Source: a virus. Taken from it: 64,000 nt of DNA. The position numbers and the translations under genes are program-made. Location of the stretch: positions 32,001-96,000 of the IMG/VR virus record IMGVR_UViG_3300018432_000013, one strand, 5' to 3'. The notes under the pieces are model-generated. The model saw only the letters and a list, made by a program, of their open reading frames with translations. It was not told where the DNA came from and searched no databases. The first letter of the stretch is position 1. Every line of letters begins with the position of its first letter. Below, piece by piece: positions 29,460 to 38,757 of the stretch.

Positions 29460-30392
29460 TCATTCATGCGGCCGCTCCTTTCCAAAGCCGAGCTTCGTGG
29501 GCCGTACGACCTGCGGCCCCTCGCCGCGATAGAACGGCAAGATCCAGCGCTCGCGATGCTGGCTCCACTTCGGGCCGTACGCCTGGTTGCGCCAGTGGCC
29601 GCGCACGAGCACCTGCACGTTCTGCGGTCCCCGTGTCGTCTCGCCGCGCACGAAGTCTCGCACCGATGCCCGGCAGTCGATGCGGAGCGGATGCCCGAGC
29701 TGCGCTGTGTTGGGTCGCATGGCGCCGTGCTTCTCCCGACCGGCACGAAGCGGAAAGGCATCGCGCTTCTCAGAGCGCGCACCAGCAATCGCGAGCACGA
29801 CCCCTGCAACCAAGCGCGTGATCATCGCCCAGAGCCGCTGCTCTTGATCGCCGCTGTAGAGCGACTCGAGCTCGGGTGTCAGGTTGACGTGATCAAGCCC
29901 TTGCCCAACACGCGCCTGCTCTTCTGCGCTGAACATCCCGACCAAACTCTCGAACGTGTTGACACCCCACGACTGACCGTCGAGATACCCGAAGCTCAAC
30001 GTGTGATGCTGGTACTTCCCAATGCGTGTCGCATACGCGGGGATCTTGGTGACGAACACGCGCGTCACTTCGCCGTGCGACGAATAGAGCACCTTCGGCG
30101 GCACGCAAATCTCGAACGCAGGCCAAGGAAGATCCTGCCCTTCGAGCGCGCCGTGCACGTCTGACGCCATCAACGCGGCTGCGTACGTATCCGGCATGAC
30201 GACGCTCTGCGCACCCCAGACCGCCCACTGCTGCATCAACATCAGCGTGTTGCGATCAACCGCCTGGGACGTCACCTGGTAAGCCTCGTAGAAGTTGTCC
30301 TCGGACGCAGCCAACCAGTGGGCGAACTTGAGAAAGTTCGGGCGCGTCACCTGCGCGACAGAAACCTGTTCAGCGTGCAGCACGCGACTCAT
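29460..30392 (-). CDS. Phage protein with C-terminal VRGHWR motif
   Basis: VLVRGHWRNQAYGP...RWILPFYRG is a recurrent uncharacterised phage motif; ATGA coupling. Confidence 0.7.
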   Translation of the reverse strand: MSRVLHAEQVSVAQVTRPNFLKFAHWLAASEDNFYEAYQVTSQAVDRNTLMLMQQWAVWGAQSVVMPDTYAAALMASDVHGALEGQDLPWPAFEICVPPKVLYSSHGEVTRVFVTKIPAYATRIGKYQHHTLSFGYLDGQSWGVNTFESLVGMFSAEEQARVGQGLDHVNLTPELESLYSGDQEQRLWAMITRLVAGVVLAIAGARSEKRDAFPLRAGREKHGAMRPNTAQLGHPLRIDCRASVRDFVRGETTRGPQNVQVLVRGHWRNQAYGPKWSQHRERWILPFYRGEGPQVVRPTKLGFGKERPHE

Positions 30393-30694
30393 CCCTGAAA
30401 GCCGCGCAACGGCGTCGCAGCATCCGCCTCGCAATGACAAGTGCGCAGCGACTCACCGAGGTTTTCAAAGAAATCGGCGGCAAGCAGCTCTGCCTCGAGA
30501 AACATCGCCTGGCCGCGCGACATGATCCGGGTGGTCCCATAGTTACCGGAGTCGGTAGAAACTTCAAACCACGGCTCGTCCTTCACGAGGTACACGCGGA
30601 TGGAAATCCCCGCGAGCACGTCGAGCGTCCAGAACGGTTCCTCACTAGGCTCAAACGGATCGCAACGCACCCACTTCTCTCCGATGATCTTCAT
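30389..30694 (-). CDS. Hypothetical protein
   Basis: ATGA overlaps at both ends. Confidence 0.55.
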   Translation of the reverse strand: MKIIGEKWVRCDPFEPSEEPFWTLDVLAGISIRVYLVKDEPWFEVSTDSGNYGTTRIMSRGQAMFLEAELLAADFFENLGESLRTCHCEADAATPLRGFQG

Positions 30695-31029
30695 GATGAG
30701 CGCCCCTTTTTCCAGGCTTCGATGTGCGCTCGACGCGCGGCCTTCTCTGCAGCCGTTGGCGGCTTCCATTTCCCGCAATCACACGCGACCAACTGCTCTG
30801 GATCTTGACCGAATGTTGCGATGCCAGCACGGCTCGTTCCACTGCCGTGCGCAAGCGTCACCGTAACGAGATCGAGCTCCACCACGTGCGCGTAGTCGAT
30901 GATGCAGTAGTGAAACTCCGGATCCTCTGTGGAGCGCCAGCACCTGTAAGCCGGATACTTGCGCGCAACAGTCTTCACTGCCTCCGGGTACGCTGCGATC
31001 TCCACTTCCCACTCGCTGTCGTCCGTCAC
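30691..31029 (-). CDS. Hypothetical protein
   Basis: 112 aa with SD GGGAGG. Confidence 0.6.
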   Translation of the reverse strand: MTDDSEWEVEIAAYPEAVKTVARKYPAYRCWRSTEDPEFHYCIIDYAHVVELDLVTVTLAHGSGTSRAGIATFGQDPEQLVACDCGKWKPPTAAEKAARRAHIEAWKKGRSS

Positions 31030-31056
31030 AGTCGCCTCCCCGGGTGAGCTCAGCGT

Positions 31057-31497
31057 TTATAACGACTCCGGATCTCGCGGCAAACCAGCAGCAAACTCCT
31101 GGATCGCGCGCAGCAGGTTCTCCGCAGACACCGCGCGCTTCTCCATCGCGACCAGCTTCCGCCGCAACGTCGCATTCTCCAGCGCGTCGGGTGCGTCAAG
31201 CCTGGACCGGCGCTCCCCAGGGACGATCCCCATTTGGTGCTCAAGTGCGCCTGAAAGCTGGCGCAGCACATGAACCGCGTGCTTGAGCGATGCGAGCTGC
31301 GCGTCCTCAAGCGAAGGCTGGCTCATCGAGCACGTCGTCGACGCCTCGGTCGCCTGTTTGCCGAACCAAAGCTCGACGCGATGCGTCGTCTCACGCCCCG
31401 AGATCGCCCCCGGGTACTCGTACAGCTCAAGCCGCACGAGGTTGCCGTATCGGTAGACCCAGCGCTGCTCCGGGCCATCCTGCTTCATCCACGCCAT
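31057..31497 (-). CDS. Hypothetical protein
   Basis: 146 aa ORF in the operon. Confidence 0.55.
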   Translation of the reverse strand: MAWMKQDGPEQRWVYRYGNLVRLELYEYPGAISGRETTHRVELWFGKQATEASTTCSMSQPSLEDAQLASLKHAVHVLRQLSGALEHQMGIVPGERRSRLDAPDALENATLRRKLVAMEKRAVSAENLLRAIQEFAAGLPRDPESL

Positions 31498-31499
31498 GC

Positions 31500-31697
31500 T
31501 CAGCGCACCTTCGTGGCTTGGTCGATCAGCCCGTGAAACGTGCCTGCGCAGAGCGGGCAGAGGTCCACGGTGGGCAGCACACCCGGCGCAAACAAACCCT
31601 CAACCAGCGCCTTCAGCTCGACACGCACCACGGCGGACGCGTCGCCCGAGAGCACATGCGCGCACGGCCGCACGCCTAGATTCGAAGGCTTGGTCAT
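31500..31697 (-). CDS. Small Zn-ribbon-like protein
   Basis: DLCPLC motif, SD AAGGA. Confidence 0.45.
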   Translation of the reverse strand: MTKPSNLGVRPCAHVLSGDASAVVRVELKALVEGLFAPGVLPTVDLCPLCAGTFHGLIDQATKVR

Positions 31698-31704
31698 GGA
31701 TCCT

Positions 31705-32316
31705 TCAGCCTTTCGTATCAGAGAAGCGCGCAACATCGTCCTCAGTCAGGAGCGACGCCCACAGCTCATCCACATTGAGCATCAACCCGATCAAAACCTC
31801 GGTGATGCCCTGCTCCATGCTCGGCCGGATGAACCACGCCGAGGTCTTCAACCGAACGTGCTGTCGAACGACTCGGTTCTCCGGATCGACCACGAGATAC
31901 TCCACGAGCGAGGGAATGGTCGCGTAGGCGTTGAGCTTGGGGCCGAGGTCCACCGCACGCGTCGAGGGCGAGAGCACTTCCGCAATGAAGGTCGGATTCA
32001 GGATCGTCTTGGGTGCTTTTTTGTCAGCAGGGTCCAGCTCGATTTTGCCGCAGACGATGCTGAAGTCTGCGTAGTAGCAGTCACCGCTCGGCACGCGAAT
32101 CCGGAGGTTACTGTCAAAAGGGCGGCAGGTCTTTTTGCCGCGTAGCTGCGAAGCGAGCTGCACGGTGAGGTTCGCAATGAGCCCTGAGTGATCCACGCTC
32201 CCGCCTGTCATCGCGTACGCGACACCATCGACAAACTCGAACCGCGTGTGCTCCGACTCCTGGTCCAGCTCCAGGTATTCCTCGAAGGTCATGCGCTTAT
32301 AAGCCGGTACGTTCAT
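31705..32316 (-). CDS. Uma2 (DUF820) family endonuclease
   Basis: MTFEEYL..E..DG..AM.GGS..H, YADFSIVC, NP..I.EVLSPST...D...K...Y..IPSL.EYL. Confidence 0.9.
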   Translation of the reverse strand: MNVPAYKRMTFEEYLELDQESEHTRFEFVDGVAYAMTGGSVDHSGLIANLTVQLASQLRGKKTCRPFDSNLRIRVPSGDCYYADFSIVCGKIELDPADKKAPKTILNPTFIAEVLSPSTRAVDLGPKLNAYATIPSLVEYLVVDPENRVVRQHVRLKTSAWFIRPSMEQGITEVLIGLMLNVDELWASLLTEDDVARFSDTKG

Positions 32317-32861
32317 CAGTGACTCCAAAGGTGCGCGAGCTCCAGCACGACTTGCTCGAACGGCCAGAGCCGGCCGCCGTCGTCACCACCCATCGTCTCG
32401 CGCCAGACGTACTGGCCATTTTCGAGCGCGTACACCTCGACCACGCGCTCCACCGGATCGACCTCCCAGAGCGCGCCGATGCCGTTGCGCAAGTACTTCG
32501 CGCGCTTGTCGTCGGAGTCGTATTTGCGCGTCGAGGGCGAGAGCACTTCGCAGACCCAGTCCGGCGCGACCTTGTAGCCGGCGACCTCGAGCCCCTCCGT
32601 CGCGCGCTCCACGCGCCAGCCCGAGATATCTGGCGTGAGCACGTCACCACCAAGGTGCAGCTCGACCTCCGGCAGAAAAACCCAGCCCATTTCCCGCGCC
32701 GCCGCGTCGAGCCGGCTGAACAACCTGCCTGCGGCGAGCTGGTGGTTTCCACGCGGCCGCGCCTGCAAATAGAGCCGCCCGTCCAAGAGCTCGGCGCGCA
32801 TGTTTTCCGGCGCGTCCAATACGTCTTGGTAGGTGGCGTTGAGCTTGGCGGGCGTGAGCAT
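32316..32861 (-). CDS. Uma2 (DUF820) family endonuclease
   Basis: ATYQDVLDAPE...AELLDG, PDISGWR, APDWVCEVLSPST. Confidence 0.9.
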   Translation of the reverse strand: MLTPAKLNATYQDVLDAPENMRAELLDGRLYLQARPRGNHQLAAGRLFSRLDAAAREMGWVFLPEVELHLGGDVLTPDISGWRVERATEGLEVAGYKVAPDWVCEVLSPSTRKYDSDDKRAKYLRNGIGALWEVDPVERVVEVYALENGQYVWRETMGGDDGGRLWPFEQVVLELAHLWSH

Positions 32862-33427
32862 CAGAGCTCCTCAAGGTTATGCACGTCCTGAAACAGCAGC
32901 GTGACGTCAATCTGTGCGCCCAACCCGAGCGTGATGGTGGCTTCGCGCAGCGAAGCGTGCCCCCACCCAACCTCCGTGCGCCAAAAGCGCTCGAACAAAC
33001 CGTGCCGCGGGTCGACGAGCAGGTACTCCGCGAGAGACGGGATGGACTTGTAGTGTTCGAACTTCTCGCCCCGGTCGTAGTCCTCCGTGCTTGGGCTCAG
33101 CACCTCGGCGATCAGCACCGGGTTGAGCACCGTGTTGGTGGCCTTCGGGTGATACTCGACAGGCGCACAAACCACGGTCACATCCGGATACGTGATGAGC
33201 CCGCTCGGCGTCGCGATGCGCAGGTCTGAAGTGTGCGCGCCGCACCGCTTGCCACGAAGCTGCGGACCGAGCTGCGTAATCAGGGCTGCTGCGCCTGCCG
33301 CGTGCTCACGCGTTCCGCCCGTCATCGCGTAGACGGTGCCGTAGAGCCACTCGTGCTTTTCACGGCTCTGCTCCTCGAAGGCGATGTATTCGTCCAGCGT
33401 GAATCGCGTGTGTGCGGGCGTGAGCAT
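32861..33427 (-). CDS. Uma2 (DUF820) family endonuclease
   Basis: FTLDEY..HE..G..YAM.GGT.EH, TYPDVTVVC, EVLSPSTEDYDRGEKF. Confidence 0.9.
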   Translation of the reverse strand: MLTPAHTRFTLDEYIAFEEQSREKHEWLYGTVYAMTGGTREHAAGAAALITQLGPQLRGKRCGAHTSDLRIATPSGLITYPDVTVVCAPVEYHPKATNTVLNPVLIAEVLSPSTEDYDRGEKFEHYKSIPSLAEYLLVDPRHGLFERFWRTEVGWGHASLREATITLGLGAQIDVTLLFQDVHNLEEL

Positions 33428-33487
33428 CAGGACTCCTAACGTGGCTTGGTTTCTGCGAGGCGCCGGCAGGCGCCGAGGGTGGGGTGT

Positions 33488-33784
33488 TCAGGAGACCGCG
33501 CGCAGCGCATCGCGAATGAGCTTATCGAGTCGTACCGAAAGAGCGTCCGCGAGGGCAAGCGCATAGGGGAGGGTGGGGGTTGCACCGTTCTCGATGGCGC
33601 AGATTCCCTCCTTGCCGCGATAGCCGGAGCGCAGCGCGAGCTCCGCTTGGCTGAGCCCGAGCTCTAGCCGGCGCTCCTTCACCAGCTTGGCGAACGCCAG
33701 GGCGAAGTCCCGTCCAATCCGCGGAGGCGTCTTCTGGCCTGGTGGACGACCACGGCCACGCTTGCTTGCTGGGAGCTGGGGCAC
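33488..33784 (-). CDS. XRE-family HTH regulator with AT-hook-like N-terminus
   Basis: VKERRLELGLSQAELA...IENG..P....LADAL; KRGRGRP; GTG start 33784 inferred from GAGGT SD. Confidence 0.8.
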   Translation of the reverse strand: MPQLPASKRGRGRPPGQKTPPRIGRDFALAFAKLVKERRLELGLSQAELALRSGYRGKEGICAIENGATPTLPYALALADALSVRLDKLIRDALRAVS

Positions 33785-33836
33785 GGGGAGAGCGACCTCT
33801 GGGGAGCGGGGAGCGGGGAAGTGGGGAGCGGGGGAG

Positions 33837-34049
33837 TCAGGCAGGCGGAAGCGCTGCCTTCGCTTTGATGCATTCAGGGCACTTGTGGCGATAACCGAAC
33901 ACCTGATTGCCGTACGTGCGCCACCCCTCTGCTTTTGCACGCTCTAGTGCAATCGCGGGCGTCTCACTGTCGTACGCCGCCGCGAACATGCAGCGCGGAC
34001 TGAAGGCGTCACATCGCACCTCGAACACCTCGCATGTCTTGACGCTCAT
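33837..34049 (-). CDS. Small Zn-binding protein
   Basis: CD....C and GW...HKCPEC; SD GAGGAG. Confidence 0.6.
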   Translation of the reverse strand: MSVKTCEVFEVRCDAFSPRCMFAAAYDSETPAIALERAKAEGWRTYGNQVFGYRHKCPECIKAKAALPPA

Positions 34050-34554
34050 AGGAACAGCTCCTCAAGGGACCGCTGCTTATCCGATAGCACAAGAGCTGCA
34101 GATTTTTCTAACAAAAGTGCAGCCCTTATTTTTTGATACAGGTGATAGCAAATTTTGCGTAGACAGGCGCTGGGGTGGGCCCCCTACGGGGGCCTCAGCG
34201 GCCCCGAAAACGAGGGCGAGATGTAGGTGGAGGGGGTTGCCTACCTGTGCGCGGCCCCCCGCACACACGCTGCCTACACCCTCTCTGTGTCCCGCCTCGC
34301 TCGTTTCCGATTCCCCATACTGTAAAGATACGCGTTAGCGTCCCTCGCGTCAAGCATGCGCACGCTGGCGCCCCTGCTTTTCTCGCTCGCCTGACTCTGC
34401 TTTGCGTGTCTCACGTCTAAGTTATCGGCCACGTGGCGCGAGACTTGAGAGAGAAAGAGCAGGGCCCTGCTCTTTCGTATCACGCAAAGGGCGCTTGCCT
34501 CCCGTGCTTTTCTCGTATCTACTAAGAACACCTCAGACACGGGAGCACGAAACC

Positions 34555-35079
34555 ATGGATCTAATCTCGACCACATTCGCACTTCTCTCATTGGCCAGCC
34601 TAGCCGTTTATACCCTGGCCTGTACATGGGCCCTATTCGCGACCTTCCCGCTAGCTGAGACGCTGGCTGTGGCGCAAGAGAAGGCATTCCGCGGTAGCGC
34701 CTCCCGTAGCCTGCTCGCTCCCGTGCCTGCTCTTCTCTCGGTTGGCCCCCATTCTGAGAAAAGAGCAGATCCGATTGCCGCGCTAGCGCGGCAATCGAGC
34801 CTTGCCGCGCTAGCGGCGCTGGCTCCCAAGTGCGAGCGCCCTAGCGCCCGCACTTCTCTCGGCCTCAGGATGCGCCGCCCACTGTCGGCGCGCCTTCCCG
34901 CATGGCTGGCCGATGATTCGGCCAGCGCCTCAGAGCCAGCCGAACGGGTTATCACCATGGGCCCATGCGTCGCATTGCTCGTTCCGCTTTCTCTTTCTCA
35001 GAGGGGCGCTCAGACTCTGAAAAGCAGCCACGGGAAGCGCCGCAGATCGGCACCTGCAATGCTGAGGCTCGCAGCGTAA
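34555..35079 (+). CDS. Hypothetical membrane-anchored protein, first gene of the array
   Basis: Shared leader ACGGGAGCAC before the ATG; hydrophobic N-terminus. Confidence 0.45.
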   Translation: MDLISTTFALLSLASLAVYTLACTWALFATFPLAETLAVAQEKAFRGSASRSLLAPVPALLSVGPHSEKRADPIAALARQSSLAALAALAPKCERPSARTSLGLRMRRPLSARLPAWLADDSASASEPAERVITMGPCVALLVPLSLSQRGAQTLKSSHGKRRRSAPAMLRLAA

Positions 35080-35575
35080 GCAGATACGAGAAAGCGAACC
35101 TACGCAGCCTTGACGTGCAAACGTCAAGGCTTTCACGCGTTTATGGTGGAAAGGTCGGCGCGGAGAAAGCGGCCCGCAAGGGCTGCGGTGTAGCTCGGCT
35201 GGCGCCTCGCATGGGAAGCACGCCAGCCAAAGTGCGAAAAAGCGTGTGATTTCGCTAGGCGGAATCGTGCGCTCGGGAAGCGCCAGCGTGCAACGCTCGG
35301 GAAGGCCGGGATAGCCGGGCAGTCGCACGGGTAGCCGGTCGGCGCTTGCCAGGCTTGCGAGCCTGAGAAGGTCGGGAAGGCATCGGATAGGTGGTCGGCG
35401 CTTGCATAGCTCGGGAGGCGGTAGCGTGGCGCATGGGAGGCGCTAGCTAAGCTTGCCCGGGTAACCTTGGCTCCCATACCGCTAGCGCTAGCCGGGCCCC
35501 TCTTTTGAGCCACGGGAAGCGCCAGCGCCTTCCCGAGCGGCTGAAAGAGAAAAGCACCGATCGCTCTTTTTCGAT

Positions 35576-35602
35576 TCAAGTTAGGCGCGGCAGTGCCGAT
35601 AA
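35576..35602 (+). promoter_or_regulatory. Sigma28/FliA-type promoter 1
   Basis: TCAAGTTA-N11-GCCGATAA. Confidence 0.75.
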
Positions 35603-35635
35603 CTAGGGCAGCAGCCCAGCAAAGGAATTCCGAAC

Positions 35636-35830
35636 ATGAAGCGCCGCAATCGGATTGTTTCGTTCCTGCCCACCAGCAGCAGGCATTGTTTTTACCTCGC
35701 AGCTACCGGCAGACTCACTCAACTTCGCTTAGAGGCTCAACTGTTTACGTCGAAAGAGGCACACGAGGCGCAGGCCAGCAGCAAAGATAGATACGGGCCC
35801 GGGCAATGGGGCATCGAGGCCGTTGGCTGA
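35636..35830 (+). CDS. Small array gene
   Basis: 64 aa between repeat units, SD AAGGA. Confidence 0.6.
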   Translation: MKRRNRIVSFLPTSSRHCFYLAATGRLTQLRLEAQLFTSKEAHEAQASSKDRYGPGQWGIEAVG

Positions 35831-35857
35831 AATCGAACGGACCTACTCTTTTTCGAT

Positions 35858-35884
35858 TCAAGTTAAGCGCGGCAGTGCCGATAA
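35858..35884 (+). promoter_or_regulatory. Sigma28/FliA-type promoter 2 (probably leaderless)
   Basis: TCAAGTTA-N11-GCCGATAA, 7 nt before the ATG. Confidence 0.75.
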
Positions 35885-35891
35885 CTAGGGC

Positions 35892-36107
35892 ATGAGCCGA
35901 ATGGAACAGATTGATGCGCGATGGGAACTCATGAGCGACGCGATTCGCGCGCTTCGCAGCTTGGGCGTCTCGCTCGAAACGCGCGAACGCCTCAGCAAGC
36001 TCCTCGATGCCGCTTGGACGCATGAGCGGACACTCGAGTGCGACCGGCTAGTCCGCGCCAGCACCGACAAAGGCGCGCGCGAGATGGTCGCCCGCTGGAT
36101 CGGCTGA
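35892..36107 (+). CDS. Small array gene
   Basis: 71 aa filling the space between repeats. Confidence 0.65.
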   Translation: MSRMEQIDARWELMSDAIRALRSLGVSLETRERLSKLLDAAWTHERTLECDRLVRASTDKGAREMVARWIG

Positions 36108-36134
36108 AATCGAACGGGCCCGCTCTTTTTCGAT

Positions 36135-36161
36135 TCAAGTTAGGCGCGGCAGTGCCGATAA
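36135..36161 (+). promoter_or_regulatory. Sigma28/FliA-type promoter 3
   Basis: TCAAGTTA-N11-GCCGATAA. Confidence 0.75.
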
Positions 36162-36202
36162 TACTTATGAGGCGCACGCAAGCGCCTCACGGGAGCACGA
36201 CA

Positions 36203-36625
36203 ATGGTTACCACGCTTGAAAAGATCGCGGCGCTTGAAACACTCGAGCAACTTCACGCCAGCGGTACGGCTCCCATCTCGCAAGATGCCTTGACGGATCT
36301 GATCAATGGCATCCGTGGCGAGCTGCATGCCGCAGAAGAGCGCGCCGGATACGATGCCGCGCAATCTGAGCTTGCCGCGTTTCAAGCGGCTCACATCTAC
36401 ATGAGCCGCGGTCTCAAATATGCGGCCGATTGCGCTTGCTGCGGCGCACACATTGCGCGCGCGCTGAAATACTCGGGAGGCCTCCCGGCGTACTGGCGCA
36501 AGTCAGACAAAGCGATCGTTTGCGTCGATTGCTACAGCGCCAGCGAGTTGAGCCAGCGGGCCGTTGCGTACGGCTGGGCGAGCAAGCTTGACGGGAGCCG
36601 CATCTTGCGCGATTGCGAGAAATAA
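36203..36625 (+). CDS. Array gene with Zn-finger (CACC...CVDC)
   Basis: Shared leader; start MVTTLEK. Confidence 0.7.
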   Translation: MVTTLEKIAALETLEQLHASGTAPISQDALTDLINGIRGELHAAEERAGYDAAQSELAAFQAAHIYMSRGLKYAADCACCGAHIARALKYSGGLPAYWRKSDKAIVCVDCYSASELSQRAVAYGWASKLDGSRILRDCEK

Positions 36626-36647
36626 CCGGGCCCGCTCTTTTTTCGAT

Positions 36648-36674
36648 TCAAGTTAGCGCGGCAAGCGCCGATAA
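36648..36674 (+). promoter_or_regulatory. Sigma28/FliA-type promoter 4
   Basis: TCAAGTTA-N11-GCCGATAA. Confidence 0.75.
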
Positions 36675-36717
36675 CAATGGTGAGGCGCAAGCAAGCGCCC
36701 GAACGGGAGCACGGGAA

Positions 36718-36888
36718 ATGACTTTTGACGAGTGCGACGGCGCCACGGTTACGCGGAAGCAAGCTCTCCGGGAGATCAAGCGCCACGCTTACAAGGCGCT
36801 TGACGAAATGATTGCCGAGTTCGACGCCGAGGTAGGCGTGTGTGAGCAATACGATGCCATGGCTGTCTTGATCTGGCTTGGCTACTGA
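36718..36888 (+). CDS. Small acidic array gene
   Basis: Shared leader; MTFDEC...YDAMAVLIWLGY. Confidence 0.7.
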   Translation: MTFDECDGATVTRKQALREIKRHAYKALDEMIAEFDAEVGVCEQYDAMAVLIWLGY

Positions 36889-37059
36889 CATGCGCCGATT
36901 CGTTGCCGAAACCATCGCGGCAATCGGCTGGATCCGCTTTCACGTGGCGCACTTAGCCGCATACAAGCGCCAGCGCCGCAACAGAGACTTGCGCGGATCG
37001 CGTTAGTCGTATCTAATAATCAAAGGTCGCAATCGAGCGACCGAACGGGAGCACGGAAC

Positions 37060-37317
37060 ATGCAGCATAAGCACGAAGTACGTTTGGTGTGCGGCAATCG
37101 CTACGATGCCGGTTTCACGGTTGTTTATAGCAAGCGCGTCCGCTCTGAGGCATGCGCACTGCGGATTGCTCGCAAGCTTCGCGACCGCCATTGCGAGGAA
37201 ACCCGAAGCGGCCGCAAGTGTCGCGATTTTGTCGAAGTGGCGAATCGCGGTAGTGGTGAATGCCTGACGTTGGACGCAAACCTAGTCCCGAGTGTGGGCG
37301 AGCTCGGTTACTGGTGA
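37060..37317 (+). CDS. Small array gene
   Basis: Shared leader, 85 aa. Confidence 0.65.
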   Translation: MQHKHEVRLVCGNRYDAGFTVVYSKRVRSEACALRIARKLRDRHCEETRSGRKCRDFVEVANRGSGECLTLDANLVPSVGELGYW

Positions 37318-37403
37318 TAGCGGCGCCTGCTGGCGCTGGTCTCGCGTAAGCGCGTTTGCCTCGCAAGCGCCTTTACTCGAGTCAAGCAACGGGAGCACGG
37401 AAC

Positions 37404-37880
37404 ATGGCCAAACAAACGAAAATCGAATCTCACGAGCTTACCGCCCCTGCAAGTTGGGCAAGCTACTTGATCAATGGCGATGCCTCAGGATTCGATTACT
37501 ACAATACGCCCAACGATGCCGCAGGCGATCGCGATCGGGAGGCTTGCGAAGCATGGATTGCGGCGCTTGCGGCCAATAACGCGCACGTAGTGAGCGCCAA
37601 TGGTGAGCCGTTTTTCGCGCGCTATTGCGATGCCGATCGGGTAGTTTCCGGATTGCTTGCGGGCGACATGCTCACTTACCAGATCTTGCGGCATGCGCCG
37701 ATCTACTACTCGCTGTCTATCCCGCACTCGAGCACTCCCACGGAATGGCATCCAACCGAAGCAACGGGCCCGTTTGCCGTGCTTAGTCGCGGTGCATTTG
37801 CCACGGAAGCGGAAGCCCACGAATGGGCCCGCACTCATCTTGCGGGCCAGCCGTATAGCGTCCGGGAGTTTGCCGGCTAA
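37404..37880 (+). CDS. Array gene (WASYLINGD.SG phage family)
   Basis: Shared leader; P..WAS.LINGD.SG motif recalled from phage small-gene regions. Confidence 0.7.
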   Translation: MAKQTKIESHELTAPASWASYLINGDASGFDYYNTPNDAAGDRDREACEAWIAALAANNAHVVSANGEPFFARYCDADRVVSGLLAGDMLTYQILRHAPIYYSLSIPHSSTPTEWHPTEATGPFAVLSRGAFATEAEAHEWARTHLAGQPYSVREFAG

Positions 37881-37980
37881 TCTCTCGCGTATCGCGAAAG
37901 AGTGTTGACCGGGCCCGGCTATCTCGTATCTAATAATCTCATAGGCGCGCAAGTGAGCGAGCCGAACGGGAGCACGGGAA

Positions 37981-38178
37981 ATGGCCAGCCGCAAAATTGA
38001 GACTCTGATCGTGGAAACGCTAGCCGCACTTGAAATCGAACGCATGATCGCGGAAGCGATTGCGGAAGCGACGATCGGCGCCGCTATCGCGGAATGTCTA
38101 GCCCTCACCGATTTCGATTGCGAGCGCTCTTATGTGGGCCCGATCGTGGCTTGCTCAGATATCGCACTTGCCGCATAA
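37981..38178 (+). CDS. Small Ala/Glu/Ile-rich array gene
   Basis: Shared leader, 65 aa. Confidence 0.55.
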   Translation: MASRKIETLIVETLAALEIERMIAEAIAEATIGAAIAECLALTDFDCERSYVGPIVACSDIALAA

Positions 38179-38187
38179 AGAAACCGC

Positions 38188-38214
38188 TAAAGCGATACGC
38201 GATAGTGCCGATAA
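38188..38214 (+). promoter_or_regulatory. Sigma28/FliA-type promoter 5
   Basis: TAAA-N15-GCCGATAA, the enterobacterial consensus, with flanks unrelated to the other copies. Confidence 0.75.
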
Positions 38215-38258
38215 CTAAGTGTGAGGCGCAAGCAAGCGCCCGAACGGGAGCACGCAAC

Positions 38259-38699
38259 ATGGCAACGAAGTACAAGCTAGTCTCTGGTGATGTGTCCGGC
38301 GCGCCCGCACTGTATGCGGCGCGAATCGACGAAACCACGTTCGCGGTTTACGAGATCAATGAATGGGAGGATCTCGATTCCTCCGCGGTCGAGACTCACG
38401 GGAAATACAACGTTCAGGCGGGAATCGTCGATGTGCGCGGTTTCGACAGCCACACACAGATTCCCGGCTATTTTTCGGATAGCGTGCGGAGCGCGCTGCA
38501 ATCGTGCGGCTGGGAAATCGACGGCAGCGGCAATATCTGGTGTCCTTACAGTGGTGACATTGTCGTCCAAGCTGGCTCGCCCGCATTCGAACTGTGTCTA
38601 GTCGAATGCCTGTGGCAGTACGGGGCAAAAGATGTTGCGGCCGATGTGTCCGGCGATAACTTGCGCAAGCTCGTGCGGGAAGCGCGCGCGGCAGTCTGA
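38259..38699 (+). CDS. Acidic array gene
   Basis: Shared leader; start MATKYKL. Confidence 0.7.
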   Translation: MATKYKLVSGDVSGAPALYAARIDETTFAVYEINEWEDLDSSAVETHGKYNVQAGIVDVRGFDSHTQIPGYFSDSVRSALQSCGWEIDGSGNIWCPYSGDIVVQAGSPAFELCLVECLWQYGAKDVAADVSGDNLRKLVREARAAV

Positions 38700-38757
38700 T
38701 ACCGGCTAGTGGCGCTAGCGCCTTTACTTGAATCGAACGGGCCCGCTCTTTTTCGAT

